In this document: piece by piece, positions 28,725 to 37,181 of the stretch
Numbering within the stretch: the stretch's first letter is position 1
Layout: every line of letters starts with the position of its first letter
Program-made: the position numbers and the translations under genes
Notes under the pieces: model-generated
What the model saw: only the letters and a program-made list of their open reading frames with translations
The model's database searches: none
Told to the model about the DNA's origin: nothing
Assembly: GCA_964475205.1 (NCBI GenBank)
Contig: CAYYVQ010000007.1
Coordinates: 1,604-65,603, forward strand
Direction of reading: 5' to 3'
Source: an uncultured Victivallales bacterium
GTDB lineage: Bacteria; Verrucomicrobiota; Kiritimatiellia; UBA8416; CAYSRM01
DNA length: 64,000 nucleotides

Positions 28725-28962
28725 GGGTCGAAACCGAATGGCGCTAACTTAAGCAATTCGAGCGTATCTCCAAGTGCATTCTCAATATCCAACAGCCAAC
28801 AAGGAATATCCAACTGAACAAATGGGGATAGCCTCAATACGCACAATTACTGTCATGTTGTCTCTCGCTCTTGCCTTGGACATTGGAAATTCCTTGTTGG
28901 ATATTGGGTGTTCAATCTCGATGCGCGAAGGCCTTAAGTTAGTGCCATTAGGGTCTAAACCG
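28725..28962. repeat. repeat family B copy 1: ~215-bp inverted-repeat (MITE-like or structured RNA) element with flanking 11/12 direct repeat
   Basis: Outer arms AATGGCGCTAACTTAAG (28737-28753) and CTTAAGTTAGTGCCATT (28933-28949) match 16/17. Inner arms 28783-28807 and 28889-28906 give 18 bp with a 7-nt bulge. Flanks are GGGTCGAAACCG (28725-28736) and GGGTCTAAACCG (28951-28962). Confidence 0.7.
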
Positions 28963-29229
28963 TTTTGTCCGGGCTCTCGCCGTGTAGACACACCGCGAGA
29001 TCGGGCAAACCGCATTTGGCCTGCAATGGCGGCGCTATAAGGGGTTTCTGCCGAAAAAGTGTGAGAAATCCGGGCTATCAGTGTATACAAGAAATGTTCC
29101 TACCCCCAGATTCTGCTGAAGACCTGAAAATAACTTTTTAAAATGACATTCGCACAAAGAGCATTGACGCATAACCTGTGCCATGCAAAAATTGAGCTTT
29201 TTCGATAATAGCGACCTACGAGGAACGAA

Positions 29230-30534
29230 ATGTCTCTCGATGTAAGCAGATTACTTGATTTCTACAAAAAACAGGTATACGGGGACTTGATGCCTTATTG
29301 GATGAGGCAGATAGATCATGAGCATGGCGGAGTTCTAAACTGCCTCTCGAACCGTGGAGACAGATTGCTCCATGATCACAAATTTGTCTGGAGCCAGGGT
29401 CGATGGGCATGGCAGACATCCCGGATATATGAAGAAAGCCGTGGGAAGGTTGACGAAAAAACACGTGAATCCTACCGACGCACTGCTGCCGACACGGTTC
29501 GCTTCCTTATCGATCATGCGCGTCTGGAAAACGGCAATTGCGCCTTTGTGCTTTCCAGAGAAGGCAAACCCATCCTCCTTAATGAGGATGGCTCGTCACG
29601 CACTCGTCGCGATAACGAGGTTTACGATTACAGCATCAGCGCCGACATTTTTGCTCTTATCGGGGTGGCTGAATACGCCCGCGTCATGGAAGACGCGGCC
29701 GCTTATAGATGGGCCAAAGATCTTTACTTGAGCTGTAAGCGTCGCGAAGAGACAGGCGCCGCTCGATCAGACTATCCGTATCCCATACCCAAAGGCTATC
29801 GTTCACACGCCAAGCCTATGGGCGATATAAACACAGGCAATGTCATAGCCCCGGCTGCAGACACCTTTGGCGATAAAGAACTGGCTCAAGCCGTCCGAAA
29901 CAACACTGACACGGCAGTTGACACCGTATTTAGCAGGTTTCTACAGCCATCCGGCCTGGTTCTGGAACAGATCGGGGAGAACTTTCAGCCGGTTAATACA
30001 CTCCTGGGCAGGTACGTCAATCCGGGCCACACAATCGAAGATATGTGGTTCATAATGCACAGGTTGATGGAGAAAGAGGATACCGGCCCAATCGAGCAGA
30101 TAGCAGAAATTTCACGCATTACGCTGAACAAGGCATGGGATGAACTGCATGGCGGCATCCCCCAGTTTATGGGGATTGACGGCAAACAGCCACAGGGCCC
30201 GGTTCCCGCAGAACTTGAAAAACACCCGATGGTAGTTAAATTAAAATCCTTGTGGGACAAAAAACTTTGGTGGCCCCATTCAGAAATTCTTTATACTCTG
30301 ATTCTCCTTAATTACCTCACAAACCAGAAATGGATACCTGAAGCATACAACAGGATGCACGAATACACTTTCAGCACTTTCCCGAATCCGGACAAATCTA
30401 TTGGTGAATGGATCCAGATCAGGGACAGGCAGGGCATGCCTGAAGAATCAGTGGTTGCGCTGCCCGTGAAAGATCCCATGCATATAGTCAGGGCTTTCCT
30501 TTTCGCGATCAATATTTTAGAAAAATCCGCCTGA
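29230..30534 (+). CDS. N-acylglucosamine 2-epimerase (AGE) family protein
   Basis: 434-aa (alpha/alpha)6-barrel-type sequence. The N-terminal LLDFYKKQVYGDLMPYWM...DHEHGGVLNCL is typical of the AGE/cellobiose 2-epimerase family. Confidence 0.8.
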   Translation: MSLDVSRLLDFYKKQVYGDLMPYWMRQIDHEHGGVLNCLSNRGDRLLHDHKFVWSQGRWAWQTSRIYEESRGKVDEKTRESYRRTAADTVRFLIDHARLENGNCAFVLSREGKPILLNEDGSSRTRRDNEVYDYSISADIFALIGVAEYARVMEDAAAYRWAKDLYLSCKRREETGAARSDYPYPIPKGYRSHAKPMGDINTGNVIAPAADTFGDKELAQAVRNNTDTAVDTVFSRFLQPSGLVLEQIGENFQPVNTLLGRYVNPGHTIEDMWFIMHRLMEKEDTGPIEQIAEISRITLNKAWDELHGGIPQFMGIDGKQPQGPVPAELEKHPMVVKLKSLWDKKLWWPHSEILYTLILLNYLTNQKWIPEAYNRMHEYTFSTFPNPDKSIGEWIQIRDRQGMPEESVVALPVKDPMHIVRAFLFAINILEKSA

Positions 30535-30634
30535 AAACGGGAAACAGAATCGAAAAATGATATTCCCGCATAATTAAACGCCGTCGAAAAAAAAGGCTCA
30601 CACCGGGCCAGGAAGCAAGGGAACCCTCGAAGTT

Positions 30635-32107
30635 GTGTCTGCGACTGATTACATAGTAATTTCTTTGTACCTTGCGGGGCTGCTTTTTTTTGGCCTTTTA
30701 CGGCTGTCCCGCAAAACAGTGTCCGACAACTTCCATCTTGCCGGAAGAAGCATGGGCGGCTTTGTAATCGGGGTCTCCACAATGGCTACCGCCTTCAGCG
30801 CGTTGAATTTCATAGCATTCTCCAGCGAAATCTTTGCGCATGGCCTTTACGTTTTAATGGTCCTGCCGGCATTTATTCTGGTCACATTTCCAATTGTAAA
30901 AACCATTATCCCGCATTATCACAGGCTGCGCCTTACCAGTGTTTACGAATTGCTGGAAACCGTTTTCGACAGGAGGGTCCGGCGTCTCGCCGCATGCATC
31001 TTCATATTCTGGCGAATCGCCTGGGCATCACTGATCCTTTACGCGCTTACACTTATAATCAACAGACTATCGGGATTGAATGCATACCTGCTGATTGCCG
31101 CGCTGGGGCTGCTGACAACTATCTATACGGCTACCGGCGGCATGAGAACGGTAATGATAACAGATGTTGTTCAGGTACTGATTCTTATTGCCGCCTTTGC
31201 TGTTGCGCTTTCGGTTTCTGCCGGTGCTTTCCGCGGTTTTTCCGGCGCAGTGGAGAGCATTAGATCGCTTCAATTGCTGAGGCCATTTCAACCCGCAGAC
31301 TGGAATGTCCTGCATCCGGACCCGACTGCAAGGATGACTCTCTGGTCCTGTATGATAGGCGGTTTTGTCGCGTTTCTTTCACGCTATAGCGCAGACCAGA
31401 TGGTAGTCCAGCGCTACTTTACCGCTCGTGATCTTAGTTCAGCTCGCAGGGGCTTTATCATAAACATCATATTTCATATGTTTGCTCTGCTTTGTCTTGC
31501 GGTTTTCGGACTTACCCTTCGTCAATGGGCAATACAAAACGAAGCCGCAGGATCCGGCGCCGATGCCCTGGCGTGGTTTATTTCCGTTCTGCCTTCAGGG
31601 CTCTCCGGCCTGCTGGTCACAGCTTTACTTGCCTCGACCATGTCCAGCATAGATTCGGGGATCCATTCCTGCGGCACCTCGTTTGCTTTCGATCTTCTGA
31701 AACGCGGTTCGGTCCAGCCAGGGACTGTATCCGGACAGCAGGCCTGTAAGAACTGCGACAGGCTAATCACAATAGCCGCCGGCGTGATTGTAACCGCTCT
31801 GGCATGCGCAATAGGTCGCCTGGGAACAATCTTTGAGATCGCCAACAGATTGATTAATGCCATAGGCGCGCCTCTTTTGGCGCTCTTCGCTGCTTCACTG
31901 AAAAACAACTGGAACAACAGCATGAACAGCCGGGGCGTCTTCTGGGGTGGAAGCGCGGGATTCATTGCAGCAATGTCAACCAGCCTTTTTGTCCGGCCCC
32001 TGGCGCTTCATTACTATGCTGTTGTTAACTTTCTTGCGCCGCTGCTCATGTGTTACCTTGCAAGCGCAATATTCACACGAATGGACTCTCAGAAAACAGC
32101 TTCATAG
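30635..32107 (+). CDS. sodium:solute symporter family transporter
   Basis: GTG start. ~13 hydrophobic helices. SSF-type N-terminus DYIVISLYLAGLLFFG...FHLAGRSMG. Confidence 0.85.
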   Translation: MSATDYIVISLYLAGLLFFGLLRLSRKTVSDNFHLAGRSMGGFVIGVSTMATAFSALNFIAFSSEIFAHGLYVLMVLPAFILVTFPIVKTIIPHYHRLRLTSVYELLETVFDRRVRRLAACIFIFWRIAWASLILYALTLIINRLSGLNAYLLIAALGLLTTIYTATGGMRTVMITDVVQVLILIAAFAVALSVSAGAFRGFSGAVESIRSLQLLRPFQPADWNVLHPDPTARMTLWSCMIGGFVAFLSRYSADQMVVQRYFTARDLSSARRGFIINIIFHMFALLCLAVFGLTLRQWAIQNEAAGSGADALAWFISVLPSGLSGLLVTALLASTMSSIDSGIHSCGTSFAFDLLKRGSVQPGTVSGQQACKNCDRLITIAAGVIVTALACAIGRLGTIFEIANRLINAIGAPLLALFAASLKNNWNNSMNSRGVFWGGSAGFIAAMSTSLFVRPLALHYYAVVNFLAPLLMCYLASAIFTRMDSQKTAS

Positions 32108-34113
32108 CCGATATTGAATGAACGACCCGGCTCCTGATACAGATTGCCTCGATACGTGGCCATATAATTCCTGTAGTCAGCGTCAAACAGGTTGTCTACC
32201 CCGAAAAACAATCTGCAGTCCCTTTCATCCGAAGACCACCTCCAGCCTGCGGCCAGGTTCAGCGCCATCCACTCGTCGGTGTCGGCAACACCTTCGGGAA
32301 CCTTATCCTGTTCGCCGGCAAACTCGGATTGCAGCTCGATCCAGCCACGTTGTTGGATCGATTGTTTAACTGACACATGCCCGTTGACGGGAGGAATCCC
32401 GGGCAGGTATTCATCTCGAACAGTGTCCCTGCCTTCAATAAATGCAAGGTTTCCTGATGTTTCAAGACCATGCGCAATAACTACTCTTGTGCTGAACTCC
32501 GCGCCTGCGATCCGGGCTTCGGTTACGTTGGCGTTTCTTATCACACCCGGACTATCCATCCGTTCGCTTATCATGTCTTCAAGATAATTGCCGAACACCG
32601 TCAATGCGAAGAATGCGTCTGCGCCGGACCACTCAAGCCCTGATTCGACAAAAGTCGAAACTTCAGGATCAAGGTCGGGATTCCCGAGCTTAACAACGCC
32701 TCCGCCCATCTCGAGAAACTGGAAACGTTCGTCCAGGCTCGCCGCCCGATAGCTTCTGGCTGCAAGGGCCTTCATGGAAAGGTTATCTGTCATGCTGAAT
32801 GCGGCGCCTAAGTGCCCGTTCCAACTGGTGTCTTTTTCAACATCCTCTTCTATCCGCTCTGTTGATTCATTATCCACCCCTATCCAGTCAACCCTTGCGC
32901 CAAAGTTAAGCGATAACCTCCTTCCAACGGAAAAGTTGTCTTCAGCAAAAAGCCCGGCCGAATCATAAACGGCATCCGGCAAAGGCTTGTCCTTCTTCAG
33001 GGCTCCGCTTTTAAGTCTCTTTGTTCTTGATCCCTCGTATGTTCTTCTCCATGCGTCGACGCCTCCGGCAACAGTATGGCCTGCGTATACTATCCGGTTG
33101 AACCAACGCGCCCCGAAAGTATCGTGGTCGGCTCCAGGATTCACCTCTTCAACCGGACTTTTATCGGGAAACCCGTCAATTCTGACCCTTCGCTTTATAT
33201 ACTGGTAATAAGCGTTCAGAGTTGACTCTTTAAGCCGTTGGCCGGAAGGCTCAGCGCTAAAGACCAGGCTTCCAAGCAGGCGGTCCGCCGAGGGGTATGT
33301 TACATCAGCCCTCTCCGGAAGCGCAGCATTCCCGGACCCGGGTATGCCAATCTCCCATCCCTGGAAATATTGCAGATTAGCCTCAATCCGATACACGGGG
33401 CCAAGTTTATAGCCTGCTTTTATGCTGGATTGAGCGTCCGTATACTGCGAATTTTCAATCGTCTCTCCGCTCCCATCCTCGTAAGATCCATAGTCTCTGT
33501 AGCTCTGACTCAGAAAAATGTAATGTGATCTGTCGCTGAATTCCCAGTTCGCGTAACCTTCAAGGCCCCCTGGATTGCTACCCGCACCCGCAAATATTTC
33601 TTTACTTGACCTTGGCTGCTTTGAAAACTCAGGCCTGCGCGTCAACACGTTAACAACGCCGCCAAGAGAACCTGAACCGTAAAGCGACGACGACGGGCCC
33701 TTCAATATTTCCACCCGGTCAATATCCCTCGCTGCAACCATCCCGAACCTGGCTCCCAGCGCAGTTGAGGTGTTAACCCTGCAACCGTCAATCATCATTA
33801 TCACCGATTCTCTGTCCAATCCTCTGACAGAGAATTCAGACCCCCATGCAGCATCAGAGATGGAGTTCACACCGGGAGAATGAAAGGCAAAATCGCTGAT
33901 GCTCGCCTCAAAATCGTCTCTCAACATCTGTCTATCGATTACGGCAATACTTCCGGGAGTCTTAGACAAGGGCACCGCGTATCCCCTTGATGTTACAGTA
34001 ATCCCTGGCAGGCTATCCGTATTCCCATCTTGAGTTCCACCTTTTGCAACAGAAGATATTGATAAAAGGAAAGAAAACAACAATCGAATGCGAGTTCCAG
34101 AGACCAATTTCAT
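32089..34113 (-). CDS. TonB-dependent receptor
   Basis: Signal peptide, TonB-box-like PGITVTS, plug domain (IDRVEILKGPSSSLYGSGSLGGVVNVLT) and a terminal ...NIGYEAVF. Its start overlaps the upstream receiver stop (ATGA 34110-34113). Confidence 0.9.
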   Translation of the reverse strand: MKLVSGTRIRLLFSFLLSISSVAKGGTQDGNTDSLPGITVTSRGYAVPLSKTPGSIAVIDRQMLRDDFEASISDFAFHSPGVNSISDAAWGSEFSVRGLDRESVIMMIDGCRVNTSTALGARFGMVAARDIDRVEILKGPSSSLYGSGSLGGVVNVLTRRPEFSKQPRSSKEIFAGAGSNPGGLEGYANWEFSDRSHYIFLSQSYRDYGSYEDGSGETIENSQYTDAQSSIKAGYKLGPVYRIEANLQYFQGWEIGIPGSGNAALPERADVTYPSADRLLGSLVFSAEPSGQRLKESTLNAYYQYIKRRVRIDGFPDKSPVEEVNPGADHDTFGARWFNRIVYAGHTVAGGVDAWRRTYEGSRTKRLKSGALKKDKPLPDAVYDSAGLFAEDNFSVGRRLSLNFGARVDWIGVDNESTERIEEDVEKDTSWNGHLGAAFSMTDNLSMKALAARSYRAASLDERFQFLEMGGGVVKLGNPDLDPEVSTFVESGLEWSGADAFFALTVFGNYLEDMISERMDSPGVIRNANVTEARIAGAEFSTRVVIAHGLETSGNLAFIEGRDTVRDEYLPGIPPVNGHVSVKQSIQQRGWIELQSEFAGEQDKVPEGVADTDEWMALNLAAGWRWSSDERDCRLFFGVDNLFDADYRNYMATYRGNLYQEPGRSFNIGYEAVF

Positions 34114-34520
34114 TGGCTCGTCTCTGTAATCTGTCTGTGAATTTCCCGCAGCAGATCTTCCGGCTGCACCGGTTTTTCTAGAATTGCCTTCACTGGCAGC
34201 CAGTCTTCATCAGCTTCAAATTTGAATGGTATGTGCATGGCTTTTCGCATCCCGGTCAAAAGCAGAACAGGGGTTCCCTTCAGTTCCGGGTGCGACTGTA
34301 TCTCACGGCTTACATCGAAACCTTCGGTATTATGAGACATCATTACATCCATAATAATCAGGTCCGGCCTGTATTCGACTGCCTTGGACAAGCCGCTCTG
34401 ACCTTCATACGCGGCGGCCACTTCATATCCCTGTCCTTCAAGAAGGTCCCTGTTGGCTTCAACAAAATCCCGGTCGTCATCAATGAGAAGTATCTTTTTC
34501 GATTCGCTCATATCGCACAC
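34110..34520 (-). CDS. single-domain response regulator (receiver)
   Basis: LLIDDD, LIIMDVMM, LLLTG and LEKP motifs. Paralogous to the adjacent receiver. Confidence 0.85.
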   Translation of the reverse strand: MCDMSESKKILLIDDDRDFVEANRDLLEGQGYEVAAAYEGQSGLSKAVEYRPDLIIMDVMMSHNTEGFDVSREIQSHPELKGTPVLLLTGMRKAMHIPFKFEADEDWLPVKAILEKPVQPEDLLREIHRQITETSQ

Positions 34521-34521
34521 C

Positions 34522-34923
34522 TCAATCCTTTTTATTCTTAATCACTTTTTCGATTTCCTTTATCAACCTTCCGGGCGGAATCGGTTTATCCAAAATTCCA
34601 TCGACCGGAAGCCAGGTGTCATCCGGCTTAAGCCCTTCTGGAAGATGCAGCGCTCTTTCTATGCCGGTAACCAGGAGAACCTTCATGTGCTTCAATTCCC
34701 GGGATTCCGGTATCTTCCTGGCAACCTCAAATCCTTCTGTGTCTGTAGCCATCATCACGTCGAGAATCATGAGATCAGGCAGAATTTTCTTTGCCAGTTC
34801 CAGCCCGGATTTTCCATCGTGCGCAACATGAACTTCATAACCAAACGACTCCAGCAGATCTATGTTCGACTGGGCAAAATCAACATCATCATCCACAATG
34901 AGAATCATGGGGTCGTTTCTCAT
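34522..34923 (-). CDS. single-domain response regulator (receiver)
   Basis: LIVDDD, LMILDVMM, LLVTG and LDKP motifs. ATGA overlap with the hydC stop. Confidence 0.85.
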   Translation of the reverse strand: MRNDPMILIVDDDVDFAQSNIDLLESFGYEVHVAHDGKSGLELAKKILPDLMILDVMMATDTEGFEVARKIPESRELKHMKVLLVTGIERALHLPEGLKPDDTWLPVDGILDKPIPPGRLIKEIEKVIKNKKD

Positions 34924-35423
34924 TTTATCACGCTATCAGGATTGAATCCATATTTTTGAAGGATGGGAAGCACCTGGTCAGGCGTAACATTCCCGTGGAC
35001 TTCATCATTAACAACAACTACAGGAGCAAGAGCGCATGCTCCCAGGCACCGAGCGCTTTCGAAAGAAAACTTTCCATCCGGGGTAGTCTTTCCTTCCTCA
35101 ACCCCGAGAAGTTCACGCACCCGATCGCGGACCTTGTCGGCGCCTCTGACAAAACATGCAGTTCCCATGCATATCGTTACCCGGATTTGCCCTTTAGGCT
35201 CAAAACTGAAGAAATGATAAAACGATGCCACCCCGGTAACCCTGGCCGAGGGAATATTCATGAGTGTGGAAACCTGGTCCATATGTTCCTTCGACAAGTA
35301 CCCGGCTTCGTTCTGAACCTTCTGAAGCACCGGTATCAAATAACTTTCGCTATGATTTTTTTCCCGGCAGTCTTGAATGTACTCCACAATTTCCGGTGAA
35401 AGTTCTTTTTTTGTTTCTTTCAT
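34920..35423 (-). CDS. hydC: NuoE-like [2Fe-2S] subunit of HydABC-type hydrogenase
   Basis: Thioredoxin-like ferredoxin cysteines CMGTACFVRG...CLGACALAP. Confidence 0.9.
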   Translation of the reverse strand: MKETKKELSPEIVEYIQDCREKNHSESYLIPVLQKVQNEAGYLSKEHMDQVSTLMNIPSARVTGVASFYHFFSFEPKGQIRVTICMGTACFVRGADKVRDRVRELLGVEEGKTTPDGKFSFESARCLGACALAPVVVVNDEVHGNVTPDQVLPILQKYGFNPDSVIK

Positions 35424-37177
35424 CTTATACCTCGCAATGTGCTGGCAGTGTACTCTGTATGCAAGAGTTCGTGCGACTTCTCTCCGTTCGGTTTTCCGAG
35501 AAATTCATCATAGAGAAGGGCTATTTCCGGGTTCTTATGCGATTTTCTCAATTCCTGGCCTGCGTCTATTGAATACAGGGCTTTTGCCCTCAATTTCGTG
35601 AGCTCAGGATCGAGCACATACGTTCCCTGCGGAGGATAGGGTTGTCCGCCCCCGCCTACGCAACCGCCTGAACATGCCATTATTTCTATCAGGTGAAATT
35701 GCTCCTCGCCCTTTATTACTTTTTCAAGAACACTCTTGGCATTACTCAAACCATTGGCAACCGCCACCTTTACCTTTGTGCCCTTAACATCAATAGTTGC
35801 GGAGCGTACTCCTTCAACTCCCCTGACCTGGACAAAATTCAAGTCCGGGCAATCCTCTCCGGTTACAGTCTCATATGCTGTGCGCAAAGCAGCTTCCATT
35901 ACTCCGCCTGTTGCGCCGAATATGACCGCAGCGCCGGACGATACTCCCATGGGGGTATCAAACCCGCCGTCCGGAAGATGGGCGAAATCAACTCCAAGCG
36001 ACTTGGTCATCCATATAAGCTCTCTTGTTGTCAGTACAGCGTCCGTGTACGGCTTGCCCCATGGCGTTTCATGTTCCTTGCGCGCAGCTTCATATTTTTT
36101 GGCCGTGCATGGCATCACCGCCACTATGTATATCTTTTCCGGATCCAGACCGGTCTTTTCAGCATAATATGTTTTTACCAGCGTAGATAACATGCTCATC
36201 GGCGACTTGCAGGTTGAGGCGTTTGGTATCAATTCAGGATAGAACTTCTCGAGAAACGCAATCCAGCCCGGAGAGCAAGATGTGATCATTGGCAGGCCTT
36301 CCCCTCGCTCAAGGCGTCCGAGAAACTCCACAGACTCTTCCATTATTGTCAGGTCCGCTCCAAAGTTAGTGTCAAAAACCTTGTCAAAACCCATAAGCCG
36401 CAGCGCGGTCACCATCTTTCCGGTAGTCGGTGTGCCGGGCGCAAAGCCGAAACCCTCTCCGATTGCAGCTCGTATAGAAGGCGCGGTCTGCACAACAACA
36501 TGCATGTCCGGGTTGGACAGTGCATCAAGAACTTCTTCGGTGCAGTTGTTCTCGATTAAAGCAGCGGTCGGACAGACGTTGACACACTGGCCGCAATGAA
36601 TGCAGACAGAATCAACCATATCCGCCTCATGAGCCGGGGCAACCCTGTTTTCAAATCCCCTTCGCTGCTGTCCCAGGTTGCTTACCCCCTGAACCTCCTC
36701 GCATACCCGTATGCACCTTCCGCAGAGTATACATTTCTCAGGATCCCTTATTACCGCAGGCGAAGAAGAATCGCGTTCAATGCGTTTGCGCTCCCCTTCA
36801 AAAAGTCTTTCTCTTACTCCAAGGCTGTAAGCAAGATTCTGCAACTCGCAGTTTCCGTCTCTCTCGCATGTCTGGCAGTCTTTTGGGTGATTGTCCAGAA
36901 TCAGCTCCACGATATCGCGTCGCAGTTTTCTCAGCTTAGGTGAAGATGTTCTTACTTTCATCCCCTCCGAAACAGGGTACGAACAGGAAGCTACGGGCTT
37001 CTTCGCCCCCTCTACCTCGACAATACATATTCGACACGCCCCAAGGATGCTCAGTTGGGGATGATAGCACAGCCTGGGTATCTTTATTCCAAGCTGGTCC
37101 GCCGCCTGCATGATAGTCATGCCTTTCCGGGCTTCTGTCGCCACTCCATCAATAATCAGATTAATTTTCTCATCCAT
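35420..37177 (-). CDS. hydA: [FeFe]-hydrogenase catalytic subunit
   Basis: N-terminal 2Fe-2S domain plus His-ligated and 2x[4Fe-4S] domains. H-cluster motifs MPCTAKKYE (L2) and EIMACSGGCVGGGGQP (L3). L1 reads TSCSPGW. Confidence 0.92.
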   Translation of the reverse strand: MDEKINLIIDGVATEARKGMTIMQAADQLGIKIPRLCYHPQLSILGACRICIVEVEGAKKPVASCSYPVSEGMKVRTSSPKLRKLRRDIVELILDNHPKDCQTCERDGNCELQNLAYSLGVRERLFEGERKRIERDSSSPAVIRDPEKCILCGRCIRVCEEVQGVSNLGQQRRGFENRVAPAHEADMVDSVCIHCGQCVNVCPTAALIENNCTEEVLDALSNPDMHVVVQTAPSIRAAIGEGFGFAPGTPTTGKMVTALRLMGFDKVFDTNFGADLTIMEESVEFLGRLERGEGLPMITSCSPGWIAFLEKFYPELIPNASTCKSPMSMLSTLVKTYYAEKTGLDPEKIYIVAVMPCTAKKYEAARKEHETPWGKPYTDAVLTTRELIWMTKSLGVDFAHLPDGGFDTPMGVSSGAAVIFGATGGVMEAALRTAYETVTGEDCPDLNFVQVRGVEGVRSATIDVKGTKVKVAVANGLSNAKSVLEKVIKGEEQFHLIEIMACSGGCVGGGGQPYPPQGTYVLDPELTKLRAKALYSIDAGQELRKSHKNPEIALLYDEFLGKPNGEKSHELLHTEYTASTLRGIR

Positions 37178-37181
37178 ATCT

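Noticed and set aside
28774-29090. 88-aa (+) and 102-aa (-) ORFs in the ispF-epimerase gap.
   Set aside because: They overlap each other on opposite strands and run through the family B inverted repeat. They have no Shine-Dalgarno sequence and no recognisable product, so they were treated as non-coding.
28966-29095. Strings reminiscent of RNase P RNA P4 halves (GTCCGGGCTC..., ...GCAAACCGC..., GAGAAATCCGGGCTATC).
   Set aside because: The GGAAAGTCC context of CR-I is absent. The two halves are only ~100 nt apart instead of ~300. No P1-P3 or P10-P12 equivalents could be traced on either strand.
30608-30620. CCAGGAAGCAAGG upstream of the symporter, considered as an SRP RNA-like GGAAGCAG motif.
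   Set aside because: There is no flanking helix 8 symmetry or the GNAR loop context; it is only a short word match.
32089-32107. A 19-nt overlap of the convergent 3' ends of the symporter and the TonB-dependent receptor.
   Set aside because: Both ORFs have well-supported C-termini, and a short convergent overlap is unremarkable in compact genomes.
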